Source: a virus (Duplodnaviria > Caudoviricetes). From it: 64,000 nucleotides of DNA. A model generated the notes under the pieces. That model was given only the letters and a program-made list of their open reading frames with translations. It was not told the DNA's origin and ran no database searches. Positions 18,074-27,989 of the stretch are shown here, in pieces (position 1 is the stretch's first letter; each line of letters begins with the position of its first letter). The stretch lies in IMG/VR virus record IMGVR_UViG_3300044719_000253, positions 64,001 to 128,000 of that record, one strand, 5' to 3'. The translations under genes were made by a program, and so were the position numbers.

Positions 18074-21006
18074 CGCTCGCCAGCCAAGACTTGATTGACA
18101 ACATCACAACCTACCGTTTCAATCCCACCGCACTGCAGCGGACCATGATTCAAGCGGTCACCGAAGCCAACAACGGGGAACAACCGGCGTTTGACGCCAC
18201 CCTCCCGTTCGTCCAAGCCCTGTCGGCGGGGGCGTACGAGACCGCCGCGTTCATGCAAGAGAATGCGGCAGAAAACCGTCGCCGCTATCCGTCGCTCGCG
18301 CAGACGCAAGAAGACCTGTATCTGCACATGTCGGATACGGATTACATTAACCGCTTTTCGATTCCTGCCACTGCTACGTTCAACTTCCGCTTTGTTAAGT
18401 CGGAACTGATCAACGCGATGGTATATGAACCGGAAACCGGGTACATGAAGCTGGTGATCCCCCGCAATACGTTCTTCACGGTGGATGTGTACACCTTCAG
18501 TTTGCAATACCCGATTGAAATTCGGCTACTGCTGAATAACGGTCTGCAAATCACGTACAACAACGATGTGCCGTCGCCGCTGCAAAGTCTGGTCAGTAAC
18601 ACCATCGAATACCAGATCCAAGAAGATGCGAATTACATTGAATACGTGACATTCGCGGTCCCGACCATGCAATTTGCGATCACCCAAAGCACGATGCCAA
18701 TCAGCTTGGGGAAAGAATTGCAGATGACCATGCCGATCAGCGACCAGTTTTACTACGCCCGGGTGTACCACAAGAACCCCACCACCAAGGCGTGGGATGA
18801 ACTGGTCACCACCCATTCGGCCATGGTATACGACATCAAGAAGCCGACGGCGGTGCTGCAAGTGTTGAATGGCTATCTGTCGGTACGAATCCCGCAGATT
18901 TACACCAACACCAGCCAACTTAGCTCGACCATCCGGGTCGATCTGTACCAAACCAAAGGCGCGATCAACGTACCGTTGGCGGACTACCACAATAACGCGG
19001 TTACCATCACCTGGAAGACGTTCGATTCCACCGAAGTGGGTAACAAATACTCAGTCGCCCTGCCGAGCTTAAACGTGGCGGGTTTCTCCGATGAAGTGGT
19101 GATCGGGGGTAAGAATGAGATGGATTTCGAAACCTTGCGCACCAACGTCATCAACAACGCAGTCGGTCCGATCGAACAAGCCATCACCCCGGCCCGTCTG
19201 GTGGTGCAGATGCAAAACGCCGGTTACTCGGTGGTCAAGGACATCGACAATGTCACCAACCGGGTCTTCTTGGCAACGCGGGAAATGCCCTCGCCCGATG
19301 TGGTCAAGGTCACCAATACCAAAGACAGCAAGGTCAAACTCTTGACGGCGGCTGCTGCCTCGATCGAGACCTTAACCACCTCAACCGAGCAACTGGCGGG
19401 ATTGAGTACGGTGAAAGACAATGGTGAGAGTTTGACCATCATGCCAGACACCCTGTACCAACTGGTCAATGGCGTGGTCAAGACGGTCCCAGGCACTGAA
19501 GTGGCACGGCTACTGGCCTTGTCGCCGGATAAACGGGCGCAAGAAGTCACTGCCGGTAACTACTTGTCTACGCCGTTCCACTACGTACTGGACACCAGCA
19601 ACAGCGCGTTTGAGATCCGGCCGTATTATCTCGATGCGCCGGTGGCCCAGTCGAAAGTGTTCGTCAAGCAAAACGACACGACTCTGATGTTGGTTGGCAC
19701 CTCGACTTACGCCTTGTCTCGGGTAGGCAGTGGTTACCAGTTGACGGTATATACGCGCTCGGATGACACTTACAAAGCGATTCCAGATAACCAGGTGTTT
19801 GCCCAGCTGGCCTATGTACCGTACGGGGAACGGGATCGGGCATATGTGAACGGGGTGCTGGTGGGCAAAACCGCCGCTGGGGAACGGGTGTATACGTTCG
19901 ATCTGTCTACCACCTTCAATGTCGACAGCAACAACAATCTGGACCTCACGCAATTCACGATGTACAACAGTGAGAGCCGGATCACCAAGACCCCGCTGAC
20001 CAACACCTTTGATATCGTTTATGCCACCTCGGCGGTATTGAGTGGTAAGTGGAGTCCAAATGCGGTCGATGATGTCTTGGGTAAACATCTGTTGCCCAAT
20101 CAAATCGCCGGGATCAACCACGAGCGCATCACCATGAAATTCGGTGATGCCTTGGACATGCTTTGGACCCGAGCCCGCAGTGTGGTCGATTCGATTGTGT
20201 ATGCAACCTGGGATTCTGACCAGCAAGCGTTCTATAAGCAAGACGTGTACCAATACAACGCTGATGGTACCAAACTCACGGTGGTGAACGGTGCACTACA
20301 ATACACGATCTTGCATCATCAGGGTGATCCGATCCTGGACCAAGACGGCAACATCACGTACGAACATCGCCAAGGCGATCTGAAGCGTGATGTGAACGGC
20401 AACTTGATTCCAGTCAACCCGCGTGGCATGTTGCGTCAGATGGATCTGTTCTTACTGGAAGGGGTGTATTGGTTTGCCACGGAAGCCACGACCACGGCTT
20501 ACCGCCAGACCTTGACCCAAGTGCTGGTGAACTGGATCGTCAACGATCTGGAACCGTTCAAGGGTGCGCTGCTGGACAAGACGCGGGTGTACTTCTATCC
20601 GAAGACCACCTCGGGCGTGATTCCCGTCTACATCTTGGATGGTGCGGTGGCGAATATCGATGCGGGTCAAGCCTTCACCGTGACGCTGGGGGTGACGGAA
20701 CAAGTGTACAACAATCTCAATCTGCGTTCACGCTTGAACGAAACCACGGTGCGGGTGTTGTACGAAGCCTTGCAACAAGCCACGGTCTCGATGTCGACTA
20801 TCATCCAACTCTTGAAGAATGCCTACGGTTCGGATGTGGTGAATATCCAAATCACCGGGCTCGGTGGGGCGGATGATTACTCGGTGGTCACAGTGGTCGA
20901 TGGAACGGATCGCCTGTCGATCAAGAAGCGGTTAGTGGCCTTGGCAGACGGGAAACTGGCGGCCCAAGAAGCCATCGATGTGAATTACCGCGTGGTAACT
21001 GTCTAA
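18070..21006 (+). CDS. Baseplate wedge-like structural protein (phiKZ gp87-like)
   Basis: 978 aa; GGKNEMDFETLRTNV resembles the baseplate J/T4 gp6 GGxDxExxxxLR motif; ATGA overlap with the upstream gene. Confidence 0.6.
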   Translation: MTLASQDLIDNITTYRFNPTALQRTMIQAVTEANNGEQPAFDATLPFVQALSAGAYETAAFMQENAAENRRRYPSLAQTQEDLYLHMSDTDYINRFSIPATATFNFRFVKSELINAMVYEPETGYMKLVIPRNTFFTVDVYTFSLQYPIEIRLLLNNGLQITYNNDVPSPLQSLVSNTIEYQIQEDANYIEYVTFAVPTMQFAITQSTMPISLGKELQMTMPISDQFYYARVYHKNPTTKAWDELVTTHSAMVYDIKKPTAVLQVLNGYLSVRIPQIYTNTSQLSSTIRVDLYQTKGAINVPLADYHNNAVTITWKTFDSTEVGNKYSVALPSLNVAGFSDEVVIGGKNEMDFETLRTNVINNAVGPIEQAITPARLVVQMQNAGYSVVKDIDNVTNRVFLATREMPSPDVVKVTNTKDSKVKLLTAAAASIETLTTSTEQLAGLSTVKDNGESLTIMPDTLYQLVNGVVKTVPGTEVARLLALSPDKRAQEVTAGNYLSTPFHYVLDTSNSAFEIRPYYLDAPVAQSKVFVKQNDTTLMLVGTSTYALSRVGSGYQLTVYTRSDDTYKAIPDNQVFAQLAYVPYGERDRAYVNGVLVGKTAAGERVYTFDLSTTFNVDSNNNLDLTQFTMYNSESRITKTPLTNTFDIVYATSAVLSGKWSPNAVDDVLGKHLLPNQIAGINHERITMKFGDALDMLWTRARSVVDSIVYATWDSDQQAFYKQDVYQYNADGTKLTVVNGALQYTILHHQGDPILDQDGNITYEHRQGDLKRDVNGNLIPVNPRGMLRQMDLFLLEGVYWFATEATTTAYRQTLTQVLVNWIVNDLEPFKGALLDKTRVYFYPKTTSGVIPVYILDGAVANIDAGQAFTVTLGVTEQVYNNLNLRSRLNETTVRVLYEALQQATVSMSTIIQLLKNAYGSDVVNIQITGLGGADDYSVVTVVDGTDRLSIKKRLVALADGKLAAQEAIDVNYRVVTV

Positions 21007-21007
21007 C

Positions 21008-21056
21008 GACAACATACCTCCCTCTACCCGCATGGGGTAGAGGGAGGCTATGCCGC
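21008..21056. terminator. Bidirectional hairpin between convergent genes
   Basis: GACAACATA-CCTCCCTCTACCC-GCATG-GGGTAGAGGGAGG-CTATGCCG. Confidence 0.75.
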
Positions 21057-21058
21057 GA

Positions 21059-22402
21059 TTACAGCACGTTGGTTTTGACCGGGGCTTGCAGATCGAGCAC
21101 CATCGTTTTCAGGGTGTCATACATGGTTTCCGGCATCTGCATGGTGTCTTGGCACTGATTCACCGACTTCCACGCATGTTCCGCGACGCGTTCTGCCAGA
21201 GCGCCCACATACGACGTGGCCACCCCCGCATTCACGCACCATTTGATCATCTGGCCGAAGGCGCGATCGAACTTGTCACTGGTCTTGGCGAAGGCTTCGA
21301 GGAAGCCCGACAGATCGTTGACTGCTTGGGGATTGGACGGGGTGGTCAGCAGTTGCGCCGAAATCGCTTTTAGTACGTCCGCCACGCCACTGGCCGCCTC
21401 AACGAAGCCCTTGGCACGGTTGAGGATGTCCTCGACCTTGGCTTGTTCAGCAGCATTACCCACATCCTTCAACCACATGAGCGTGGTGCGCTCGGTGGTC
21501 GGCTCTTGGATCTTGTCTTCTGCCGCTTGGAAGGCGTCTGCCGCATCGAGGACCGACGGTTCTGCCTTCGGCGTCTCAACGCTGATCTTATCCGCATCTT
21601 CCTGGAAGACTTCCAGTGCGTAATTGAACACATTACGCCATTGATTCAGGTGCAGCGTCATGGTTTCCAGCAGCGCCGGCGCACCGAGGTGGATGCGGTA
21701 ATACTCGTCCATCGTAGCCAGCGAGTTCGGATAACGCATATTGACCGTAAGGATGGCGGGCACTGTGGCGTTCTGCGAAGGATCCACCGCACAGCCACGG
21801 AAACAAGCATCATCCCAAGTGAACCCAGCAACACCGGTCAGCTTGATGAAGTCGTCCAGGATCGCCGCTTGCATGCAGACTTGGTCACTACGGCGCTTGA
21901 ACTCCAGATTTTCGATCACGTGGCCACGGCCGGGATTGCTGGCGATGGTTTCGAGACGGCTGGTCAGACTGGCGAGTTGACCGAGCAGATCGCTCTTCAG
22001 CCCAGCGTCGATCTCTTCCAACGCCATCGTGTAACCGGTGGCCGATGGCAGACGACTGTAGTAATTCACCGGACGACCTTGACCGAAGTTCGGCAGGATC
22101 TGGAGCGCTTCCAGGGCGATCCGTTGGTTCATGCCGCGCTGGGCCAGCAAGTCTTGCCGCAGGTATTGCAGCGGCCGACTAAACGATTCCGTGGCCACGG
22201 CCGGGGTGTCTTCCAGCTTGGCCAGCATTTCCAGTACCACGGCAGGTTCCCCCGCTACGGTGTTGGTCAACACGTCCGGGATCGGCTCATCCGGCAGCAG
22301 TGCACCCGCATTCAGACTTTCCTCGGTCGGGGCGGCCGTTTGGATCGCTTGAGCATGGGCTTGCGCGAGGGTGTTGGTGGCGTCGATGGCACTCATGATC
22401 AA
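21059..22402 (-). CDS. Processed head protein (phiKZ gp86-like)
   Basis: 447 aa; N-terminal propeptide with ATESF and ALEE sites; synteny. Confidence 0.5.
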   Translation of the reverse strand: MIMSAIDATNTLAQAHAQAIQTAAPTEESLNAGALLPDEPIPDVLTNTVAGEPAVVLEMLAKLEDTPAVATESFSRPLQYLRQDLLAQRGMNQRIALEALQILPNFGQGRPVNYYSRLPSATGYTMALEEIDAGLKSDLLGQLASLTSRLETIASNPGRGHVIENLEFKRRSDQVCMQAAILDDFIKLTGVAGFTWDDACFRGCAVDPSQNATVPAILTVNMRYPNSLATMDEYYRIHLGAPALLETMTLHLNQWRNVFNYALEVFQEDADKISVETPKAEPSVLDAADAFQAAEDKIQEPTTERTTLMWLKDVGNAAEQAKVEDILNRAKGFVEAASGVADVLKAISAQLLTTPSNPQAVNDLSGFLEAFAKTSDKFDRAFGQMIKWCVNAGVATSYVGALAERVAEHAWKSVNQCQDTMQMPETMYDTLKTMVLDLQAPVKTNVL

Positions 22403-22914
22403 CCTTCCAGGGGCGGTGCCGGTTCGTCAGCCGAACCAGGCTGCAGGATCACCGCCAGGCGCGAGGCGATACCCATGATCTCGCTGCGGTAGGTGTTCAT
22501 GAACTTGCTCATCTCTTCCGAGAGTTGCAGCAGGCCACCGGCCCACAGCGAGGTGATATCGATCGCAGCCGTACCACGGGTGGCAACCAGGCGGTCGATC
22601 TGGTACGCGTTATCGACCAGCATGCGGTTCGGGAACGCCGCAGTGTAACGCATCTTCCAGAACAGCTGGGCGTATTCCAGGGCCGACTTGGAGGCGAACA
22701 CCACCGCTTCACCGACTTCCGAGATTTTCTCGCAGATGAACGGGTGGACTTGTTCGCCGTAGTAGGCGAGTTGATTGGCGACGTTCGACGACGGCAGATG
22801 GGCTTGGGCCGAGACAGCCAGGGCGACGGCGATCGCGACGATACGGGATTGATCGGCCGGCACACGCACCAGTTTACCGATCGCTTCATTCAGGCCGAAG
22901 TATTGGGGATTCAT
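22399..22914 (-). CDS. Virion protein (phiKZ gp85-like)
   Basis: 171 aa; 4-nt overlap with the downstream gene; synteny. Confidence 0.5.
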   Translation of the reverse strand: MNPQYFGLNEAIGKLVRVPADQSRIVAIAVALAVSAQAHLPSSNVANQLAYYGEQVHPFICEKISEVGEAVVFASKSALEYAQLFWKMRYTAAFPNRMLVDNAYQIDRLVATRGTAAIDITSLWAGGLLQLSEEMSKFMNTYRSEIMGIASRLAVILQPGSADEPAPPLEG

Positions 22915-22937
22915 GGGAAAATATCCTTGTTGTAAGA

Positions 22938-24248
22938 TTAAAACATCACCGAGAGTTCAGCGGCCCGCACGAACAGCGGGTTGTTGCCGAGTTGTTCGAG
23001 TTGTTGTTGGAGCAGCTTGGTCTTGCGGTATTTACGGTACACCGGGATAACGGTGGTGGCGATATACTCGCGCCATTCCCGTTTGTCTTCGATCCCCGTC
23101 ATGGCCTTTTCCATGGCGTCGATGTCGGCCAGCGTACGTTTCTTTTCCAGATCGGAAATGCTGCGGTTCTTCAGACGCGCAATCGCATCCATCTTGATGC
23201 GGCGGAACCGCACTTCCGGGGTGTCGTAAGTGTTGTCACCATCGTCACCGAAACCACCCAGCAGAATGCCGATCAGGTTGATCGGGATCGACAAGAAGCA
23301 TACCGGCGGGATGAACATCAGGGCGATCGAGATGATCTGGGTGAACATAAACAGCGGGGTGCTTTGGTAAGCCAACTCATTGCCCATGTAACGGTGCAGC
23401 TTGTTCAGTGCCGTCATCAGGGGTAGGCCGGCACCATGACGCGTGGCGAACTGATCGGCCAGCTGTTCGGACGCGGTCGAGTCGTAGATACTGACGCCCA
23501 GTTCCGAACGCGACTTTTCCGTGACTTCGGTGACGATCGCCGTTTCCAGAATCGAGCGCTTGTCGATCTTGGCCAGTGCCGCGCTATCGACGTCTTTGAG
23601 TTTCAGTTCGTCCGCGGTGCGGGCGATGATCAGTTGACGCTTGTGCACGTCGTACGTACCGTCCAGTTCCTTGACCATAGCCGCCATGGCTTGGTTGGTC
23701 GACACCGTGCGATTGAACATCTCGCAGTAGGTAAAGAAATGACCCATCTCATGCAGCACCACGGCTGCCATCTCTTCCGAACTGAGACGGTATTGGTTTG
23801 GTACGCTGAAGCCATCTTGCGAGTAATTGTTGTTCAGTAGGCAATCGGGCAGATAGATCGTGAACGGCAGTTCCGAAAACAGACCCGACAATTGTGCCTT
23901 CATGATGTCAACCCCGGCTTTGACACCACCACCACCACCGACGAAGCGTTTGGTGAAGTTCATTTGTGCGGCAAAGAACTCGCGATAGTCATTGCGGATC
24001 AGCACGTTGTTGTGGTATTCGTCGAAGATCCGCACACACGGCCATTCTTCGCCGAACGACACACTGACGTTGGCTTTGAACGAGTTTTGCAGGATGGCCT
24101 CGATCAAACCTTCGTTGCGGCGCTTCTGTTCTTCATAAGCGCTCTGTTTCTGGAACATGATATCACGAAACGCCAGCTCCAGTTCTTTGAAGGTCTTGGT
24201 GTCCTGATAATTGATCGCCTCGGTTGAGAGCTGATTCATGCGTCGCAT
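22938..24248 (-). CDS. Virion protein with zinc-metallopeptidase motif (phiKZ gp84-like)
   Basis: VVLHEMGHFF (HExxH), downstream EQLADQFA, a hydrophobic segment FMFTQIISIALMFIPPVCFLSIPINLIGILLG, and an N-terminal LSTE site. Confidence 0.6.
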   Translation of the reverse strand: MRRMNQLSTEAINYQDTKTFKELELAFRDIMFQKQSAYEEQKRRNEGLIEAILQNSFKANVSVSFGEEWPCVRIFDEYHNNVLIRNDYREFFAAQMNFTKRFVGGGGGVKAGVDIMKAQLSGLFSELPFTIYLPDCLLNNNYSQDGFSVPNQYRLSSEEMAAVVLHEMGHFFTYCEMFNRTVSTNQAMAAMVKELDGTYDVHKRQLIIARTADELKLKDVDSAALAKIDKRSILETAIVTEVTEKSRSELGVSIYDSTASEQLADQFATRHGAGLPLMTALNKLHRYMGNELAYQSTPLFMFTQIISIALMFIPPVCFLSIPINLIGILLGGFGDDGDNTYDTPEVRFRRIKMDAIARLKNRSISDLEKKRTLADIDAMEKAMTGIEDKREWREYIATTVIPVYRKYRKTKLLQQQLEQLGNNPLFVRAAELSVMF

Positions 24249-24403
24249 GGTAGGGTCCTTGTTCACCTAGGGATAAAAGTAAAAATAACAGGCGATGGTA
24301 TTATCTGGTTCAGCATGATAAGTCACCACTTTTCACCTGCTATCAGGGAAGTCATACTGATATCGGGAAGCATTACCGATCAACAATGAATAACGAATAG
24401 CGT

Positions 24404-26206
24404 ATGCTCAAACACAATCTGAAAGACTTTGCCAATGAAGATATCATTGGTCATGAGTGCCGCCATGTCACCTACTGTCCACCCCCGGAACCAGGGATGC
24501 CAGACTTACATGTGATCAAGCGTGTTACCCATGTGCGGCAAGGGGACAATGTCATTCAAATCCCCAACGTAGTGTCACGAAAGGATTTCAAACTTAAGTT
24601 TTGGATTGAAAAGACGGGGCGGCAAAATCACAAAGAGAAACGTGAATTTGCTGAAATGGATGATTTGGACGAATTCGAGTGTACCCAGTCTCAGTTGGAA
24701 GGGTTGGTGCGCAAGAAGTTGCGCGAGAAGACCGAGCGGGCGATGAAGAACTTCAAACTCCCATGGCCGGGCGATCGCGATAGCATTCGTAAGTTGTCGC
24801 GCAGTCCGTATTTGTACGGCACCGATGTCTCGTCCACGACGCTCTTGAAAAAGATGTACATGGATCTGTATCCGAATCTGCGCTCACAATCTAGCGTGGC
24901 ATGTACCGATACGGAAACCAACATGTTCTCCAAAGAGCAAGAGATCATTATGCAGACGATCTCGATGAAGGATCGGGTATTCACCGCGATCAAGCGCAGT
25001 TTCTTTGGTAAACATATCAACATCGAAGAACGCTTGCAGGAATGCTTTGCCTATCACCTCGGGGATGTGGCCAAAGCGCGCGGCATCAACTGGGAAATCA
25101 AACTGGTGGACACGGCGGGCCAAGTGGTAACCGCTGTCATCGATAAAGCCCATGAATGGGGCCCAGACTTCCTGGCGATTTGGAACATCAAGTTCGACAT
25201 GGAGAAGATGCTGGCGGCATTGCAGGCGGACCGACTTGATCCAGCGTTGGTATTTTCACATCCGACTCTCCCCAATGCTTACAAACATTTCAACTTCAAG
25301 ATTGGTAAGTCGTCGAAAGAGACGGCCTCGGGCGTGCATAAGCCCCTCGGGTTCCATGAGCAATGGCACGTCGTCACCACACCGGCTTCGTTCTACTTTA
25401 TCGATGCAATGTGCGCGTATCGCCAGATTCGCCAAGGTCAGCAGGAAGAACCCAGCTACAAACTCGATGCGTTGATGGATAAACACATCAAGCGTGGTAA
25501 GCTCAAGTTCAGCGAAGCCGATGGTTTCATCGAAGGTGATTGGCACCGCTTCATGCAAGAGTTCTACAAATTCGAATACGTGATTTATAACGTATTCGAC
25601 TGCGTGGGTATGGAGATGCTGGATGAAAAGACCGGTGACCTGAGCTTAAACTTCCCACTGTATTCGGGTCCGTCGGATTATGCGATCTTTCCCTCGCAGC
25701 CCAAGAAATTGTGCAATAAGTTCTTCTTTGACTTGCTGTCGCAAAACCGTGTGCTCGCGTCGACCTCGGACACCATGAGCGATGAGAACGATAAACGCAC
25801 GGTGATTGGTAAAGGCTGGATCACGATGTTGCCTGCACACTTGTGCATGGACAACGGCTTGAAGTGTTTGGAAGAGATGCATAACGTGCCATCAAACATA
25901 AGGATTGGAGTCGGGGATCTCGATATCGCCGGCACTTATCCCAACGAAGGCATCTGCATGAATATTAGTAAATATACAACACATCGAGAATTGTTGTATA
26001 TCGAAGGGATCCCGGATCACATCCGTCGTCGTATTGGTTTCAATCTGGCGGGTGGCCATGTGAATGCACTTGAAGTAGGACATGATTTGTTTAAGATCCC
26101 CCGTTTGGATCAGATGTACGCGGCTTATCTCCGTAAGACTCAACCTAACGCAATCGTGCTACCTGAACAACAAATGCTGGCGACTTACCAGCGCCTTGCC
26201 GCTTAA
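24404..26206 (+). CDS. Split B-family DNA polymerase, exonuclease/motif-A subunit (phiKZ gp82-like)
   Basis: Exonuclease motifs CTDTETN, WNIKFD, YNVFDC and palm motif A DLDIAGTYP; motifs B and C are in 57921..60065. Confidence 0.85.
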   Translation: MLKHNLKDFANEDIIGHECRHVTYCPPPEPGMPDLHVIKRVTHVRQGDNVIQIPNVVSRKDFKLKFWIEKTGRQNHKEKREFAEMDDLDEFECTQSQLEGLVRKKLREKTERAMKNFKLPWPGDRDSIRKLSRSPYLYGTDVSSTTLLKKMYMDLYPNLRSQSSVACTDTETNMFSKEQEIIMQTISMKDRVFTAIKRSFFGKHINIEERLQECFAYHLGDVAKARGINWEIKLVDTAGQVVTAVIDKAHEWGPDFLAIWNIKFDMEKMLAALQADRLDPALVFSHPTLPNAYKHFNFKIGKSSKETASGVHKPLGFHEQWHVVTTPASFYFIDAMCAYRQIRQGQQEEPSYKLDALMDKHIKRGKLKFSEADGFIEGDWHRFMQEFYKFEYVIYNVFDCVGMEMLDEKTGDLSLNFPLYSGPSDYAIFPSQPKKLCNKFFFDLLSQNRVLASTSDTMSDENDKRTVIGKGWITMLPAHLCMDNGLKCLEEMHNVPSNIRIGVGDLDIAGTYPNEGICMNISKYTTHRELLYIEGIPDHIRRRIGFNLAGGHVNALEVGHDLFKIPRLDQMYAAYLRKTQPNAIVLPEQQMLATYQRLAA

Positions 26207-26260
26207 GACGGCACACCTCCCACTACCCCGTCAAAGGGTAGTGGGAGGGGGCTTATGACG
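26207..26260. terminator. Bidirectional hairpin between convergent genes
   Basis: GACGGCACA-CCTCCCACTACCC..GGGTAGTGGGAGG-GGCTTATGACGT. Confidence 0.7.
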
Positions 26261-26269
26261 TGTTACCGA

Positions 26270-27850
26270 TTACAGGTTGAAGAACTTCAGCACGCGTTGA
26301 CGTGCGAATTCCTTCACGTGATGCGCATGCAGAGCCAGGTCGAGATTGACAAATTGCTTCTTCTCCTCGCGGGTGGCCGGGTTGGCCAGTTCCACCAGAG
26401 CGTTGAGCAGATGCGTCATGTGCGTCGCTTCGGCGCTGGCCAGGTTCGTGTGCGAGGTGAAGCGGTGCAGGTTGATGCTGTTGAACGCATGGTTGCTGTG
26501 CTGGTGGATGAGAGCCAGCATGGCGCCGAACGCGGCTTCGAATTCTTCTTCCGCCGTGTGCAGCACTTGCAGAATGGTGGCGTACAGGCTGGCCTGGTAG
26601 TTACCACCAGCTTCCGCTGTCGGCGGTACTGATGCGTTCATGAAGGTGACGTAGTCGTTCAGCTCGGTGATGCTGATGCTCGCTGCAGGCGACAGCGGCG
26701 CCGGCGACGGCGCGGGCGTGGCTTCGACCGGCGGGACAGGATCCACTGCCGACGCAGGAGCCGGGGCAGGAGCGGCAGGCGTGGTGTCCACCGGTGCGGC
26801 GGGTGCTTCCACAACCGGCGCCGTCGGGGTTTCAACCACTGGAGCGGTCACGGGGACGTCCATCGCCGGAGCGGTGTCAGCCGGCACTTCCACGTTTACT
26901 GGGGCGGGAGCCGGAGCGTCGGTAGCTGCCGGGGTGGTGTCAGTCACGGGTACAGGCACGTCGACTGGTGCCACCGCTGCTTCCACTGAGGTATCGACCA
27001 CGACGGGTGCCACCGGTGCCGGATCGACCGGAGTCACAGCCACTTCCACAGGGGCAGGTGCATCCGCCACCGGCGAGGGGGTAGCGTCCGGCGTCAGAGC
27101 AGAGGCTTCTTGCGGAGCGACATCACTGACAGCAGGGGCCGGTGCGTCCACCGGAACCGGATCTGCCGCAGGGATGTCGACCGGCGTTTCCGTAACTGCC
27201 GGTGTTTCGTCTTGAGTAGGAGCTTCCGCTGCCACCGGGGTAGCAGCTGCTTCGGCCGGTACCACGTCAGCTGCCGGTGCTTCGGCGACGACGGGGGTAT
27301 CGACGACCGGTACGTCAACGGGTGCCGTTTCTGCGACTGGTGCTGGCGCGGGCTCTTCCACTACCGGGGTGGCCGGTGCCGTGTCCGTCACGACGGGTGC
27401 TTCTTGTGCCGGAGCTTCGACCGACGTCGCTTCCGGCGTAGCCGTAGCCACATCGGTGGTGTCAGCGGCTTGGGGTGTTTCGACCGCAGGTGCCGGGTCG
27501 GTCGAGACCGCGACTTCCGTGGTCGCCGGGGTCGGATCGGTTTGCGGAGCGGGGGTTTCTTCGGGCGTCGGTGCAGCGTCGGTTGGTGCCGTTACCGGGG
27601 TCTCGGTGACCGGGGTGTCCGTGGTTGCAGTCGCGGTGTCTTCGGTGGTTGGCGCCGGGTCAGCCGGCGTTTCTGCGATCGGGGGTGCGGCGGTGTCAGC
27701 CGGCGCTGCCGGAGTGCTGTTGTCGGCAGTCGGTACAGGGGCTGCGTCCGGCGTCGAGGTGGTCGTGTCGGCGGATTGGGTGGCCGTCGTATCGGTGGCC
27801 GGCGCGGTTGCGTCCGGAGTTTGGTCCGGGGCTTGGGTTTCGTCACTCAT
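26270..27850 (-). CDS. Pro/Ala/Thr-rich protein with a C-terminal domain paralogous to 27990..28763
   Basis: Start MSDETQ at 27850 (AAAGGA RBS); about 400 aa low-complexity acidic PAT/PAV region, then ELNDY..GGNYQASLY..RQRVLKFFNL. Confidence 0.75.
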   Translation of the reverse strand: MSDETQAPDQTPDATAPATDTTATQSADTTTSTPDAAPVPTADNSTPAAPADTAAPPIAETPADPAPTTEDTATATTDTPVTETPVTAPTDAAPTPEETPAPQTDPTPATTEVAVSTDPAPAVETPQAADTTDVATATPEATSVEAPAQEAPVVTDTAPATPVVEEPAPAPVAETAPVDVPVVDTPVVAEAPAADVVPAEAAATPVAAEAPTQDETPAVTETPVDIPAADPVPVDAPAPAVSDVAPQEASALTPDATPSPVADAPAPVEVAVTPVDPAPVAPVVVDTSVEAAVAPVDVPVPVTDTTPAATDAPAPAPVNVEVPADTAPAMDVPVTAPVVETPTAPVVEAPAAPVDTTPAAPAPAPASAVDPVPPVEATPAPSPAPLSPAASISITELNDYVTFMNASVPPTAEAGGNYQASLYATILQVLHTAEEEFEAAFGAMLALIHQHSNHAFNSINLHRFTSHTNLASAEATHMTHLLNALVELANPATREEKKQFVNLDLALHAHHVKEFARQRVLKFFNL

Positions 27851-27947
27851 GTTACGTCCTTTTTCAGTTGGTGAAATGTTGGATGAGCAGTCTCTCCATG
27901 GGCTCAAAGGATAATTACTCCAATTTTATTTCATCAATTTTTAAATA

Positions 27948-27985
27948 ACAACATACACCCACCGACCATCAAGGCCGGTGGGGAT
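27948..27985 (-). terminator. Hairpin after 27990..28763
   Basis: CCCACCG..CGGTGGG stem; the minus strand continues TATGTTG then a T-rich tract. Confidence 0.55.
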
Positions 27986-27989
27986 GGAA

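Noticed and set aside
26270-27850. CRISPR-like or VNTR array in the repetitive region
   Set aside because: The repeats are degenerate and in frame at protein level; there are no fixed-length direct repeats with unique spacers.
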